From Vicugna vicugna (lineage: Eukaryota), in contig MU058687.1 in NCBI GenBank assembly GCA_013265495.1, positions 992,001-1,056,000 of the forward strand: a DNA stretch of 64,000 bases. The letters run 5' to 3'. The notes under the pieces were generated by a model. The model saw nothing but the letters and a program-made list of their open reading frames with translations. It searched no databases and was not told where the DNA came from. Numbering within the stretch: the stretch's first letter is position 1; every line of letters begins with the position of its first letter. This document shows positions 52,013 to 64,000 of this stretch, one piece after another. The position numbers and the translations under genes are program-made.

Positions 52013-52379
52013 GACTTAGTTTTTGAATGGAGTCATTGTTCCTCTAAGGTAAGGGTATACAGTCATATAAATAGCCTACTCTGTGTTGTTTTAAAGGGTT
52101 TGAAATAAAACAGACAGCATGCTTTGCTTAAAATGCTTCTTTTCCTATATTATTTCCTGGTTCTAAAAGAGGAAGTATGTATTAATTGCCAGCATTTACA
52201 ATACAGAGTATTGGAAAATGAAGCAATTTTCTGCAACCTGGCTCACTTATAAAAATGTAAGACTTAAGAAAACCTTGGATTCTGTAGATCTGAGAAGGAG
52301 TGGAGTGAGGGGACACTAAGGTCTGCTGAATTTTCTGTCTGTTGTTTCCTGGCGTGACAGCCTTTTCTTTTCTTTCCAG

Positions 52380-52775
52380 GTGGTTCGCTTTGAGGTGATC
52401 TGAAGCCAAGGCCTCTAGGAGCTTCGTTGTGTGTCACCTTGCTTCCACGTTTCAGTTTTTGTTTTGTTTCTACTGCTTTAGTTTTTTAAAGTTCTTCAGT
52501 GTCCCCAAGAGGTATTAGAGTCTTGCGCTACCGAAGCAAGATGTTAATTTTTCTTTTTAACTACTTTGGGGAGGGAGGGAGTGATAGCTTAACTGCTGAA
52601 GCCAGGTGAAGGTCTGCCGGAGGACTCCAACAGACAATGTTCCTCCACTGTACAGTGTCACAGACTATCTCTATCATCATTGCTTTGTGGCTGTTTTTGT
52701 TTTTTACTGTATGTAACTGGTAGCTGATTGTACTAGGATTTAAAAAAAAAATAAACTTTCATGATAAAGCCGATG
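52380..52775 (+). other. YLPM1: YLPM1 non-coding terminal exon (3'UTR)
   Basis: Strong acceptor ccttttcttttctttccag|G; TGTA elements and AATAAA near its end. Confidence 0.8.
52750..52755 (+). terminator. Polyadenylation signal AATAAA
   Basis: Canonical hexamer preceded by TGTA motifs and followed by T-rich sequence. Confidence 0.8.
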
Positions 52776-55529
52776 AGATTCATGGGCTTTACAGCATGAG
52801 CCCCTTTCTCTTGTTTTCTTAATTTTACTTGTATTACTTTTCTAATATGGTGTGTTCTGATTACATGCTAGTTGAACATCCCAAAACCTCTTTCCCATGG
52901 AATAATATTATGTGGCTCAGTGATTCCATAGCACATGTTGTGAACATAGCCTCAGTGATGTTCGCCAACACTTACCTATGTTTTCTACCTGATTTCTTTC
53001 TCTTTGCGTCTTGAAGACTAGTAGAGACAATTTAAAAAAACTCATTGGTTCCCTGGAGCACATCTGTTCTGTATCGTGATGTTTTATTGTTTTATTCTTT
53101 CTCTGCTCCTCCCTCTCTTCTTTCCTTCTTCCTCTTTTTACTTTCTCCCTTCATGCTCTGTTATGTTTTGATTTTTCCCTGATGTGACTTTGACTTCTGG
53201 TGGACAAAACTGATGTACTCAGTGGAACTCGGGAGCTTGTTGCCTTACTGCTGAACTCAAATTGTTGATTTTTTAAGTCAAGATGACAGAGTAGGAGTAT
53301 GGTGAAGTAGAGCACTCTGGCAGGTAGCCTTTAAGTCCGTCAAGTTTTCAGGTTCTTGCCAGATTGCTCGTTATTGAGAAGCATGGGCTGCACAGAACTT
53401 CCTCTCATGATGGTACCAGGGAGCACCTAGAAATATTCAGAGCTAAAACTCAAATATCGTTCCTGTGTAAAAACAAAAAAGGAGCTATTTTCCCTTTTTC
53501 ATTCTGCAAAGAAAAAAAAAGTTACTTCCAGCACAAGACAAGACAGAGAAGAGAATTTTCTTCCTCAAACATCATTTCCACTTTGTAATCTAACTCAGCA
53601 AGCTGTAAATGTGTTAACAAAAGGCTTGAATATTTTAAAATGTTTACTTTTGGGCCACAGATTTAAAACATTTTAGTTTTATGACCTACATTATATACTG
53701 TGTGAATAGAGATAATATTTATCACCATTCAAATAGTATCACTTTGGATTCAAGAACTTGAAACTATAATAATGAAGACTAATTTAATGGGAAATTCTGA
53801 CAACTTTCTGTACTTTTATCTTTCTTGAAATTCTGAATGTTTACATATGAGGCTTTAGGTTTATTAACAAGTCAATAGTAAATGTATAATTTGCTACATT
53901 AAGTAGTTTTCCACTGTTTGTAGTATTTAACAAGCTACTTTGGACTACACTTCTATGTAGTGATCTTTCTCAGCTGCCTTTATTATGTTGAGTGAAGGTA
54001 CATCACAAGATGGTTAATAGAATTATCATTTATAAGAAGACCAACTTACCAGTTACTGAATCTACCAAATGTTGTCCTTATCAAAAGCAAAATTTGCAGA
54101 TTGTGTTCTTTAGGAGGTATGTATGTTCTTATAGAGGACATTTTACTTCCGTTTTCTTAAGCATGTTTTTGTCCTGACAGTATTCAGAATGCCTGTGAAA
54201 TGAGAAGTGGTAATCACCCATGAATTACTTTAAATCTGTCATGTTTTTGCCTTGCACCCATGGCTTTGTGTCTGTGATCTTATGCCAAGAAAGGGTAGGA
54301 AAAGTGAACCAGGTCAGAAATAGCCTCTGCTGATTTTTAGAAGATGCTGATTAACATGACCTTAGGTGATGAACATAGACTGTTGCCTGCTTTAGGAAAC
54401 TGGTGTAACACATAACCTCAGTGAAAGGGGATTAATGAAAAAGAGATCAGGCACCAAAAAGAAAGTAATAGAGACTGTCAGTTGATATTTGACTTTGCTA
54501 ATCCAATATGGAACTGTTAAGAAATTCCTAACTTTGCATTATCACTAGGAGCAGAATGGTATAGGAAGTTCAAGAATATCTTGGTGAAATATGCTCTGGG
54601 TAGAAATTGCCTTGATAACACAACTATTTTAAGTTTATTAAGAGATGTCCTTGAAATACAGAAGACCAAACTCAGGTTCCATTCATTTGCTAGCATTTTA
54701 CTGTTATTTTACTAACGTTGTTTTCCTTACCTCTGAAAACTGTTTGGTATGTGTTTTTAAATTTTTGTTTTAAACATTAAGTTTATTGAAAATCTTTTGT
54801 GGTGTCTGTGTCTTAATACAAAATAGTCTAATGTTGGGGGAAGTTCCTGTTATCTTTAATATTTGAGATCTTTTAAACTAAGTGTAAAACCTCTCACTTC
54901 AGTGATTCAACTCTACTTATAAACTCCCTGTGCAAGTAACTTGGTAGATGAGATGCAGAAATTTTTCTATTCGGTAATCATTTAGGGTAAAGTTGCCATA
55001 TTCAAAGTACATTGTGGCTGATTACAAAAACGGAAAGCCGTTATTAATACATGGTAGTCTGCTTGTTGACCCTTATTTGATTCACATAATTTTCTAGAAG
55101 TTTGAATTTGATTCAGCTACCAATGCTTAATTCACAAGTTTTTCTGACAGAGGTAAAATTAAATTTCTGATTGGATTCATCTCCCTTGTGAAAGAATTCT
55201 GACTGTTGATTGGACAGATCAAAGTAAGTGCCGTCTCTTCTTGAGATCAAGTATCAAATTCTGAATTGGATTGACTAAAAACTTCTTACTTTGGAGGCAC
55301 CTCAGCTTTTTTTTTGTGAAGTGTTTTGTCTTCCTAACTATGCAAGTTGCAGATATTTTGGTAATAATAGTTATCTAAAGCCAGCTTACTGCTACGACTA
55401 TAAAAGCAGCAGGTTGTCCGCTATAAAGAGACTATACAACGATTTCAGGTGGATTTTAGAGTATAGAGTTACCAAAACTAAGATGAATTTTACTAGAGCA
55501 AAGAAGATAGAAGAATGATTCTTCATTTC

Positions 55530-55750
55530 TAGTATTGAAAGACCCTAATACAAGTTCAAGTTCCTCTCTTAGATGCTGTGACCTTTATCAAATTATTTAC
55601 CTCATCTGAGCTCCAGTTTCCTCATCTGTAGAGTGAAAATAACAAAACTCACCTATTAAAGGTTGCTGTGAGGAGTAGATTGAGATATTGCTTATAAAGC
55701 TGCTTGGCACAATACCAAGCTCAAAAATTGGTAGCTGTCATCATCATCAT
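55530..55750 (+). mobile_element. MIR SINE
   Basis: gctgtgacctttatcaaattatttacctcatctgagctccagtttcctcatctgtagagtg. Confidence 0.75.
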
Positions 55751-56109
55751 CATCATTATTTTTTGACTTGTTCTCATACGTGCTTTTAAAATTCAAAATT
55801 TTCACTTGGCTTGAGGATAACTGTAACCTTTTATAGTCAAGTTACTATAACTGAGCTATGCCATATGAAACAGTGCAGTGTGTGTAGGTTGGAAGAGCAA
55901 TAATTTAGATGCATTTTCGGGTAACCACTGAAAATGATCTTTAGAACCAGTATGGGGGCTTAAGAGAAGCGCCTATGTGCAAGGTCTAGTTAATAAGGAC
56001 CCAGGAGGGAATGATAGTAATGAAAAGCAGTTGCCAGACCACATGTGTGACAAGTGTGAAGGCACTAAAGCATTGATTTGCTTTGTCACATATTCAAAAA
56101 GAAAATAGT

Positions 56110-56990
56110 AATTTTTATGAACAAGTAATACATTCATATGGTATAAAGTTCAGAAGGTTCAAGAGTATATATGTTAAAATCTCCCTTCCTTCCCAGTCCT
56201 CAGCCCCCTACTGTCTCATCTATAGAGGCAGTCAGTGTTGACGGTTTCTTTTGTATCATTTCGGAAAAATTCTGCCGATAAGCATTAACATTTTTGTTTC
56301 GGTTTACCCAAATGGTAGAATGCTACATACACTACTTTGTTTTGTTTTGTTTTTCTTGTTTTATAGTATGTCTTAGAGGTCACTCTGGTCATATATAGCA
56401 TATATAGAATGTTTTATTGTCATCCTCCCCTAATCCCTCTCCCTGTTCTCCTCTTCTCTTTATCCCTCTTTAGTTTTCCAAAGATACCTTCTTATAGTAA
56501 GGAGCTTTACTGAAAACTTTTTGAAATTCACCTGTATTTCAGTTCTTCTTGTGGCATGGAGTATATATATTGTGTGGGTTTGTTTCTGTATAGTTTTATC
56601 AAACCTGTAGGTTTGTGTATCCGCCCCTATCTTCCTCCCACTCCCACCCCTCATCTCTAACCCTTGGCAAACACTAATCTATTCTCCATTTCTATAATTT
56701 TATCATTTAAGGAATATTATATAAATGAATCATACAGTATGTAATAACCTTTGGGGATTGGTTTTTTGGCTTTTTTCACTTGGTGTAATTCCCTTGACAT
56801 TCATTCAAGTTGTTATGTGTATCAGTAGTTTGTTCCTTTTTATTCCTCGGTAGCATTCCGTCCCATTTCTCTTTTACAGCTGTAGAGTATTTTATTTTAT
56901 GTCTTTACCATAACTTAACTTACCAGGTCTCCATTGATGTGTATTTAAGCTGTCTTTTGCTCTTATAAATTGTGAATTTCTTATATTGTC
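56110..56990 (-). mobile_element. Old L1M 3'UTR fragments
   Basis: aacccttggcaaacactaatctattctccatttctataattttatcatttaaggaatattatataaatg…. Confidence 0.7.
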
Positions 56991-57819
56991 ATCATTCTGC
57001 TGCTTCCTATACTTGCCTAATTTCTAGCAATGAAGGAACACTGCTAATGGCATCCTTGACATAGACTTCCTCAGAGGGTGACAGCTGCTTAAAAGCCAGC
57101 ACAGTACAGCACAGTGGTGAACTGTCAAGGGACATGACAATAATGAAATGAAATGAAGTGAGAAATCTTGTTTCCTGGAAAATCCTACATGATAGGATTC
57201 TGACAAAGTAAAGAACCAGGGTGCGTCTTAGAGGGCTAGAGTGGCCAGAGTCTCTGATGGATGGTTCATTGTGCACACATGACTGGGAGTTAAAGACCAT
57301 GGTTCACTGTCCTCTGTACCTGGTATTTATGCTTCTGCACCTCAGAGGTTGATCTGATCTCAGTTCTCAGGCTCGATTGCTTTCACATCAGACCAGCGTC
57401 AAGGAGCTTCTTCATGACTGGGGCTGAGCTGCTGCAATTTCAGACAGCCCTTGGCCTGAAGCAGGAACTTGCATTTGTGATCCCACAAAGCCTATAGATT
57501 TAATAGTTTACGGTGTAGAGAATGACTTGACTTTGAGTCTTCTACTTAAGAAGCTTGAACTTTCTATCAAACATTCACGTTCTTGTTACTGACAGTATTA
57601 ATCTAGATTCTTTCCTATGGTATTTGAAGAATTAAAATTATTTCTTCCACTTTAACTTGAAATCCCATTCTCAGGTTTATTATTTCTGACAATGAATTCC
57701 TATTTCTTCACTAGGCATTTCTTATGTTTTTTTTCTTTTGCAGCATCTAGCTCAGTGCATGGCTCATATCTGTTCAGTGAATAAATAAAAGGGATGTCTC
57801 CTATGTGTATGGCAATGGT

Positions 57820-60050
57820 CACTCATTCAAAGTCGGACAGGTAACACATGAGTGAGGCAGAGGGTGGAGACTTGGCAAACTGGAGAACAAGGTAGGTCCT
57901 GTTAAAGGGGAAGCAGCACCTGCTCAGCCACAGCAGATTGTGGCCATCTGGGGAGTTGGAGTCTTGTGTTGCCAGATTTTCTGGGTTTTCAAGAGAAGAA
58001 AACTGGATTCTTATGTGGGATCTTCAGTATTTTAGCACCAGGAACTTTTCCATTTGGTTTGTTTGGGTTTTTTTGTAAGTGCTTTGGTCCACAGAGACTC
58101 CCTGTTATTTCACACTGGAAGGCTGCCAAGTTGAAACTTGGTATTTAGATAAAAGGTTGAAGAGATCTTAGAGCTCATTCCTGTCAAGCCCCTTCGTTTT
58201 ACAGATGGTTTCTGAGGCTGAAAGAAGAGAAGTGACTTGCTCAAAGTCTCAGTTACTTGATGGCAAAACAAGGCTAAAAGTTGATTTTCCTGGTCTGTAA
58301 CCCAGCACTTTATTATTCTTAACTAGAACACCTCCTTTATGATGGCCTTCACAAGTTCTAGATGGCAAATCTCCAGTATAGTGTATGTTGTGTGCATGTG
58401 CACTTGTGTGCACGTGCATGTGTGTGACTGAGTTCTGTGGACCTGGAAATTCATTCTAATCAAAAGATATCTATCAGGAGCAATGTGACTCATTTGACTG
58501 CCTCTGAAACCATCTTCCTTGAATTCTCAGAAACATAAAGTAGCTGTATACATAGGATCTCGCTCATTACTTGTTAGACTCTTTTTAATCACAGAAGCTT
58601 GAAAATTTGACAAGAGCATTGAATGGATTATTGTATGAGAGTAGTGGGATTTCTTCTAGAAAACCATGTGTGTATTGATGTTTATAGAAGCAGCTAACTT
58701 ATGGAAGCTTGTATCTGAGCTATAAGCTCAGCTAGCTTGCAGAGAGTAATTTTGTTTTCTGTAATTTATAATTTCTTGTGTAATATAACTTGCCTATTTG
58801 CTTTGGCTCCAATGACAGGTATTATTCCTACTTCACTTGGAAGTTCCCTATTATTCACCTTATTAAAGACAAATGCATCAACTTGGCAGTGAAGTCTGTC
58901 AATAACATGATCCCAACTACTTCTCCAGCTTCCTCTGCTGCTTTTCTTACCACGTGTACACAACACTGCAAGTGCACTGTATGACTACTGTTCCCTCAAC
59001 ACTCCCTGAAATTTCCTGGTTTACTGCCTGCTTTTTATCTCATCCTTTAGAAATTGTAACTATCCAAAGGCCCAGTGTACATGCTACCTTCTTCCTGAAA
59101 CTTTGCTGTTTTGCCCCCTCCTTCAGCTCTCATGGGGCTTTGCTTATATTTGTTCTATAATCTTCTCTTAATTTGCCTTTCTAGGAGAGTAACTTATACA
59201 CCTGTCTATTCTTTCTTCTGCATCCCTTCCCACTTCCAAATGCAAGCTCCTAGAGGGTAAGAACTGTTTTATTATTCATGTTCCATCCTTGTAACACCAA
59301 GTATGCAATACCTATTATGTATAGTTGGTGCTCAACAAGCATATTTAGAATTGTGTGTAAAATGTGAAATTAATTCATAGAGGTAAATATATATGTAATT
59401 CACAAAACCCCAATTTTCGTTTGCTTCTTCACTGTCTCTGTATCTTTTGGTTGGTAGCATATCCATAGTGTTACATAAATCAGGCATCACAAGTTCAGAT
59501 GCCTACTATGGACAGGAAGATATCGTAAGTGAGAGAATTGGCTAGCAGTTTCATAATGGCATGCTAAGTTCTTTTGTCAGAGACATATGTTTTTGCCATT
59601 GGACATAGGAATATTCTCAGAAAAATCTCCTCTTTCCCATTTTTTTCTTAAAACATCTGGCTCTCTTTAGCTTTCCCGCTTTTGGTAGGAGTGAAGTACA
59701 AATATTAATTAATTTTCTTCTTTACTCTGAGAAAAACAACAGTGGAAGCAGAATGATTTTGGCAACTGACTCTCAGCCTCAGTATTGGGGAGGCAGTAGG
59801 GTATGGTGAGGACTGGGATGTTGCAGAGTGCTTGCCCTATCTCAGTGAGACAATTCTCCAGCCAGTGGTTGCCATAAAGCAAGGTAGACTCAGTGTTACC
59901 AGACAAGATAAAGTGGAAATCTGGATTTTTGTATGAAATAGTAATTTCAAAATACTATGAGGACAGTACAGTGGAGGCAAAACAAATCACATCTGGAAGC
60001 AATGTATTTCAGTCATTATTTTGGGATTTCTGATGTAGACCATAAGGGAT
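57820..60050. mobile_element. Cluster of MER102-like (~57820-58140, ~59480-60050), MIR (~58150-58310) and L2 (~58960-59350) fragments
   Basis: gtgttgccagattttctgggttttcaagagaag…; cagtgttaccag…ggaaatctggatttttgtatgaaat; tgcaagctcctagagggtaagaac. Confidence 0.55.
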
Positions 60051-61606
60051 GGCAAATCCTGAAAGACAGTTATTGCAAAGAAGATATGTATAGGGAAGGA
60101 AACATCAGGTTATATCACATAGATTATATAAAAATATTTTGACCAGCACCTTTTAACTGATACTTCAGAATGAGCAATTCTGTTTTCATTGAGCCAGATG
60201 GTAATACATAATGTACTGGTGCTGAATTTGCAGTGGGTTAATTTTTGTCCATTGCTTACTTTCACATGAAAGCATGTATACTGTCCCCCTTCTCGGATAA
60301 CATCCTTCCAATGCCTCCATTTATCAAGATACAGGTAAGCACCTTGTGTATGCACAATGAGATAGGCACACATCTGTCCCAGGGAAAGAAGACAGCAAGA
60401 ATTCCCTTTGGTTAAGTGGAGCAGCTGAGCATCCATACTTGGTTGTGAATTTGACCAGAATGTTCTCTTAACTCTACATTACTTTCTACCATTTCCACTG
60501 GGGAAAGAAGATGTGTGTCCTTAAAGCTTCTTTGTTGGCACCTGTCAGTGTCAAGGTGGGTATACTTTTGCTATGTTTGATTTCTTAAAGTATGTTTTAG
60601 GGCATTATCTTTTTCAAATTTATTTCAGCCATAAAATATGAACTCATTCTCATTATTTAAAAAATAATTACAGATAATACTAAAACCTCCCATTGAGCAA
60701 CAAACACCTTAAAATCGTAGAGGTAGTTACCGTTATCATTTTGGAGTACGGCTTTCCAAACCTTTCTCTGTGTGTTTATATAAGGGTATAGTTTTATTGT
60801 TTTTTCCATGAGTGATTTTTTTTACATGTTATTTTGCAGGCATATACATGTCATATACATATATACATATACCTGTGTACATATGTATTCCATTGTAGAT
60901 ATTTAACATAGATTGTTTTCCCTTATATGTGATAATTTTTCACTGTCATAACAATGTTGCTTTGAACATCCTCATAAATGCCCTTTTGGGGGCATATTTT
61001 TGGACTTTCCTAGGGAAAATACAGAAGAATTGAATTACTGGACCATAGAGAAACAATTTCTTCTTTCATGTCTTCTTAATAATTATCCATACATGTGTTT
61101 TAGAGAGAGTCTTAACTTAATGTTTAGCGTATCAAAAGAATTTTTTTTTTGGTATTTTAGAATTCTAGTTTTATATGCTGCTCTCATTTGAGTTCCGCCT
61201 TTTGAATCAATTTGGAATTGAGATGGATAAGCAGAATAGATTCAAGGTAGTAGCCATGGTGCAAAATTAGTAAGCTTTGGGGTGATGTGTTTCAGTGATG
61301 GGGAAATTAAATTTTCAGTTGAGAAGATAATCTCCCTTAATCATGAAGTTCTTTTTTCTAAGTCTTCCTCTGCTTCCTTTAGAATAATAACAACTGGATC
61401 CACAGGAGCTAAGAAAATGTCTTCTCACATCACACATTTTCTTTAATACTAGTTTGAATAATCCCGAAAAGTGTAGGTTTTGATACTGTACCTTTTTTGG
61501 GGAAAAAAAAAAAGTATTTGTTTAGTGAAGTCTGGAATATCCACTTTTCTTAAGAGAAACTAGTTCACTTATTTAGGCATTAAAACTTTTATTAAAAGAA
61601 TATTCA

Positions 61607-64000
61607 TTACACAAATTACAAAGATTGGAAATGAAAGAGAAGACATCACTGCAGATTCCACGGATATTAAAAGGATAACAAAGGAATACTATGAACAAAT
61701 TTGCCCACAAATTTGATAGCCTAGATGAAACAGACCAATTACCTGAAAGACACAATCTGCCAAAACTCATACTACAAGAAATAGACAATTTGAATAGGCC
61801 TGTCTATATATCTGTTAAATAAGCTGAATCAATAATTATTAACCTTCCAAAACAGAAAACACCAAATCCAGTTGGGTTCAATAGGAATTATTTCAAACAT
61901 TTAAGAAAGAAATTATACCAAATCTTTGTGATCTCATTCAGAAGATAGAAACAGAGGGAATACTTCCTAATTTATACTATGAGGCCAGCATTATCCTACT
62001 GTCAAAACTGAAGACATTACAAGAAAAGAAAACAGACTATAGATCTCTCTCAAGGAATGCAGAAATTCTCAACAAAATATTAGCAAATCAAATCCAACAA
62101 TGTGTAAGAAGAATTATACACCACAACCAAGTGGAACTATCTTAGGTATGCAAGACTGGTTCAACATTCAGAAAAAGTTGATATAGAATGGAGCAGCAGC
62201 AACAACCAAAAAAATCAGTTAATATAGCCCATCACATCAACAGGCCAAAAGAAAAATCACATGATCATATCAATCGATATAAAAGAAGCTTTTGACAAAC
62301 TCCAACATGCATTTATGATAAAACACTCAGTGAACTAGGGATAGAAGGGAACTTCCTTAACTTGATAAAGAATATCTCCGAAGACTCTACAATGAATGTA
62401 TTTCATCATACTTAATGGTGAGAAACTTGAAGCCTTCCCACTCAGATGGGGAACAAGACAAGGATGTCCCCTCTCACCACTGCTTTTCAACTTTGTATCA
62501 GATGTCCTAGTTAATGCAGTAACTCAAGTAAAGGAAACAAAATGTATATAGATTTGGAAGGAAGAAATTTTGTTCACAAATGTGATTGTCTGTAGAAAAT
62601 CGGAAAGAATCAACAAACTCCTGCATTTAGGAAGCAATTATAGTAAGGTTTCAGAATACATAAAGTTACTATGTGAAAGTCAGTTGCTTTCCTATGTACC
62701 AGCAATAAACAAGTGGAATTTGAAGTTTAAAACGATACCATTTACATTAGCACCCCCCAAAATGAAATACTTGGGTATACATCTAACAAGATATGTACAA
62801 GATCTATATGAGGAAAACTACAACACTCTGATGAAAGAAATTAAATAAATGCAGAGATATTCCATGTTCGTGGATAAGAACACTCAGTATTGTCAAGATA
62901 CCAATTCTTCACAAATTGATCTATAGATTCAATGTAATTCCAATCAAAATCCAGCAGGTTTGTTGATTTTGTGTGTGTGTGTGTATCTACAAACTGATTC
63001 TGAAGTTTATATGGAGAGGCAAAAGTTTATATGGCTAGAGCAGCCAACACAATATTGAAGAACAAAATTGAATGACTGATACTACCTACTTGAAGTTGGA
63101 CTTCAAGACTTACTGTACAAATATGGTAATCAAGACAGTGTGGTATTGGTGAAAGAACAGAGAAAAATAAATAAGTGGAACAGGATTGAGAGCCCAGAAT
63201 TGACTCACATGAATATAATCAACTGATCTTTGACAAAGAAGCAAAGATAATATAATGGAGCAAAGATAGTATTTCAACAAGTGGTGCTGGAACAACTGGA
63301 CATTGGCATGCAAATAAGTGAATCTAGAAGCAGACTCATACCTTTTACAAAAATTAACTCAAAGTGGATCACAGACTTAAATGTAAAACACAAAACTATA
63401 AAACTCCTAGAAGAGGACATAGGACAAAATCTAGATGACCTTGGCTTTGGTGGCTTTTTAGATCACCAAAGGTGTAACCCACAGAAGATAGAATTGATAA
63501 GTTGGACTTCATTTAAATTAAAATTTCTGCTCTGTGGAAGACATGGTCAAGAGAATAAAAAGACAGACTACAAGCTGGGAGAAAATAACTAGCAAACCAT
63601 GTATCTGATTAAGGGCCATTATTCAAAATAAAAAAGAACTCTTGAAACTCAACAATAAGAAAACAGCCCAATTTAAAAATGGGCCAAAGACCTTCACAGA
63701 CACCTCACTGAAGAAGATATACAGATTACAAACAAAAGATGCTTCACATCAAATGTCTTTAGGGAAATGCAAATTAAAACAAAGAGATACAGCTACACAC
63801 CTATTGGAATGGCCAAAATCCAGAACATTGACAACACCAAATGCTGATGAGGATGTGGAACAACAGGAACTCTCATTCATTGCTGATGAGAATGCAAAAT
63901 CGTACAGCCATTTTGGAAGGCAGTTTGGCAGTTTCTTACAAAAGTAAACTATTTGTACCATGCAATCCAGCAATCACACTCCTTGTTATTTACCCAAAGA
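61607..64000 (+). mobile_element. Decayed L1 ORF2 (RT and C-terminal region), runs off the window end
   Basis: [18 protein letters not shown] ggaacaagacaaggatgtcccctctcacc; [40 protein letters not shown]; many stops and frameshifts. Confidence 0.92.

Larger units (their letters stand above)
2806..52775 (+). other. YLPM1: YLPM1/ZAP3 gene body (5'-partial; exon 1 upstream of window), 19 coding exons plus one 3'UTR exon
   Basis: Spliced translation matches the recognisable YLPM1 sequence end to end (…TMSVDMQLRHYEMQQQQ…RGLPGSGKT…KKRVRWADLEEKK…NRTKYI*). All junctions are GT-AG with compatible phases. Confidence 0.98.

Noticed and set aside
52800..61600. Downstream neighbour gene (PROX2 expected on the - strand from human synteny) or antisense exons near 54045 and 54727
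   Set aside because: No Prospero/homeodomain-like translation found; isolated donor-like motifs lack convincing exons.
61607..64000. Active L1 or novel reverse-transcriptase system
   Set aside because: ORF2 is broken by many stops and frameshifts; an ordinary fossil.

Overview
Mammalian genomic DNA, most likely from a camelid (tRNA-Ala-derived SINE at 318-390 and L1 3' tails of a type I associate with camelids). The window holds most of the YLPM1 (ZAP3) gene on the + strand. It starts inside the first intron, so exon 1 and the promoter are absent; exon numbering is inferred from the human gene. There are 19 GT-AG coding exons from 2806 to the TGA at 52010-52012. They join in frame to 5571 nt (1856 aa plus stop): Gln/Pro-rich region, RG/RD-rich region, P-loop kinase-like domain (GLPGSGKT) and a KKRVRW PP1-binding motif. 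A non-coding last exon follows, with AATAAA at 52750. Introns and the 3' flank carry ordinary eutherian repeats (L1, L2, MIR, L3, MER82, MER58, MER102, ERVL/MaLR, a piggyBac relic). I found no clearly new biological system. The most curious observations are: (i) an in-frame read-through of the exon-3 donor encoding DTWETAPRHL, a near copy of the protein's own kinase-domain peptide DHWETAPRHM, with synonymous codon differences; (ii) an ~8 kb apparently repeat-free intronic block with candidate poison or alternative-terminal exons that would all remove the PP1 motif; (iii) several tiny TSD-flanked retro-insertions. Repeat family names are from recall and their boundaries are approximate.
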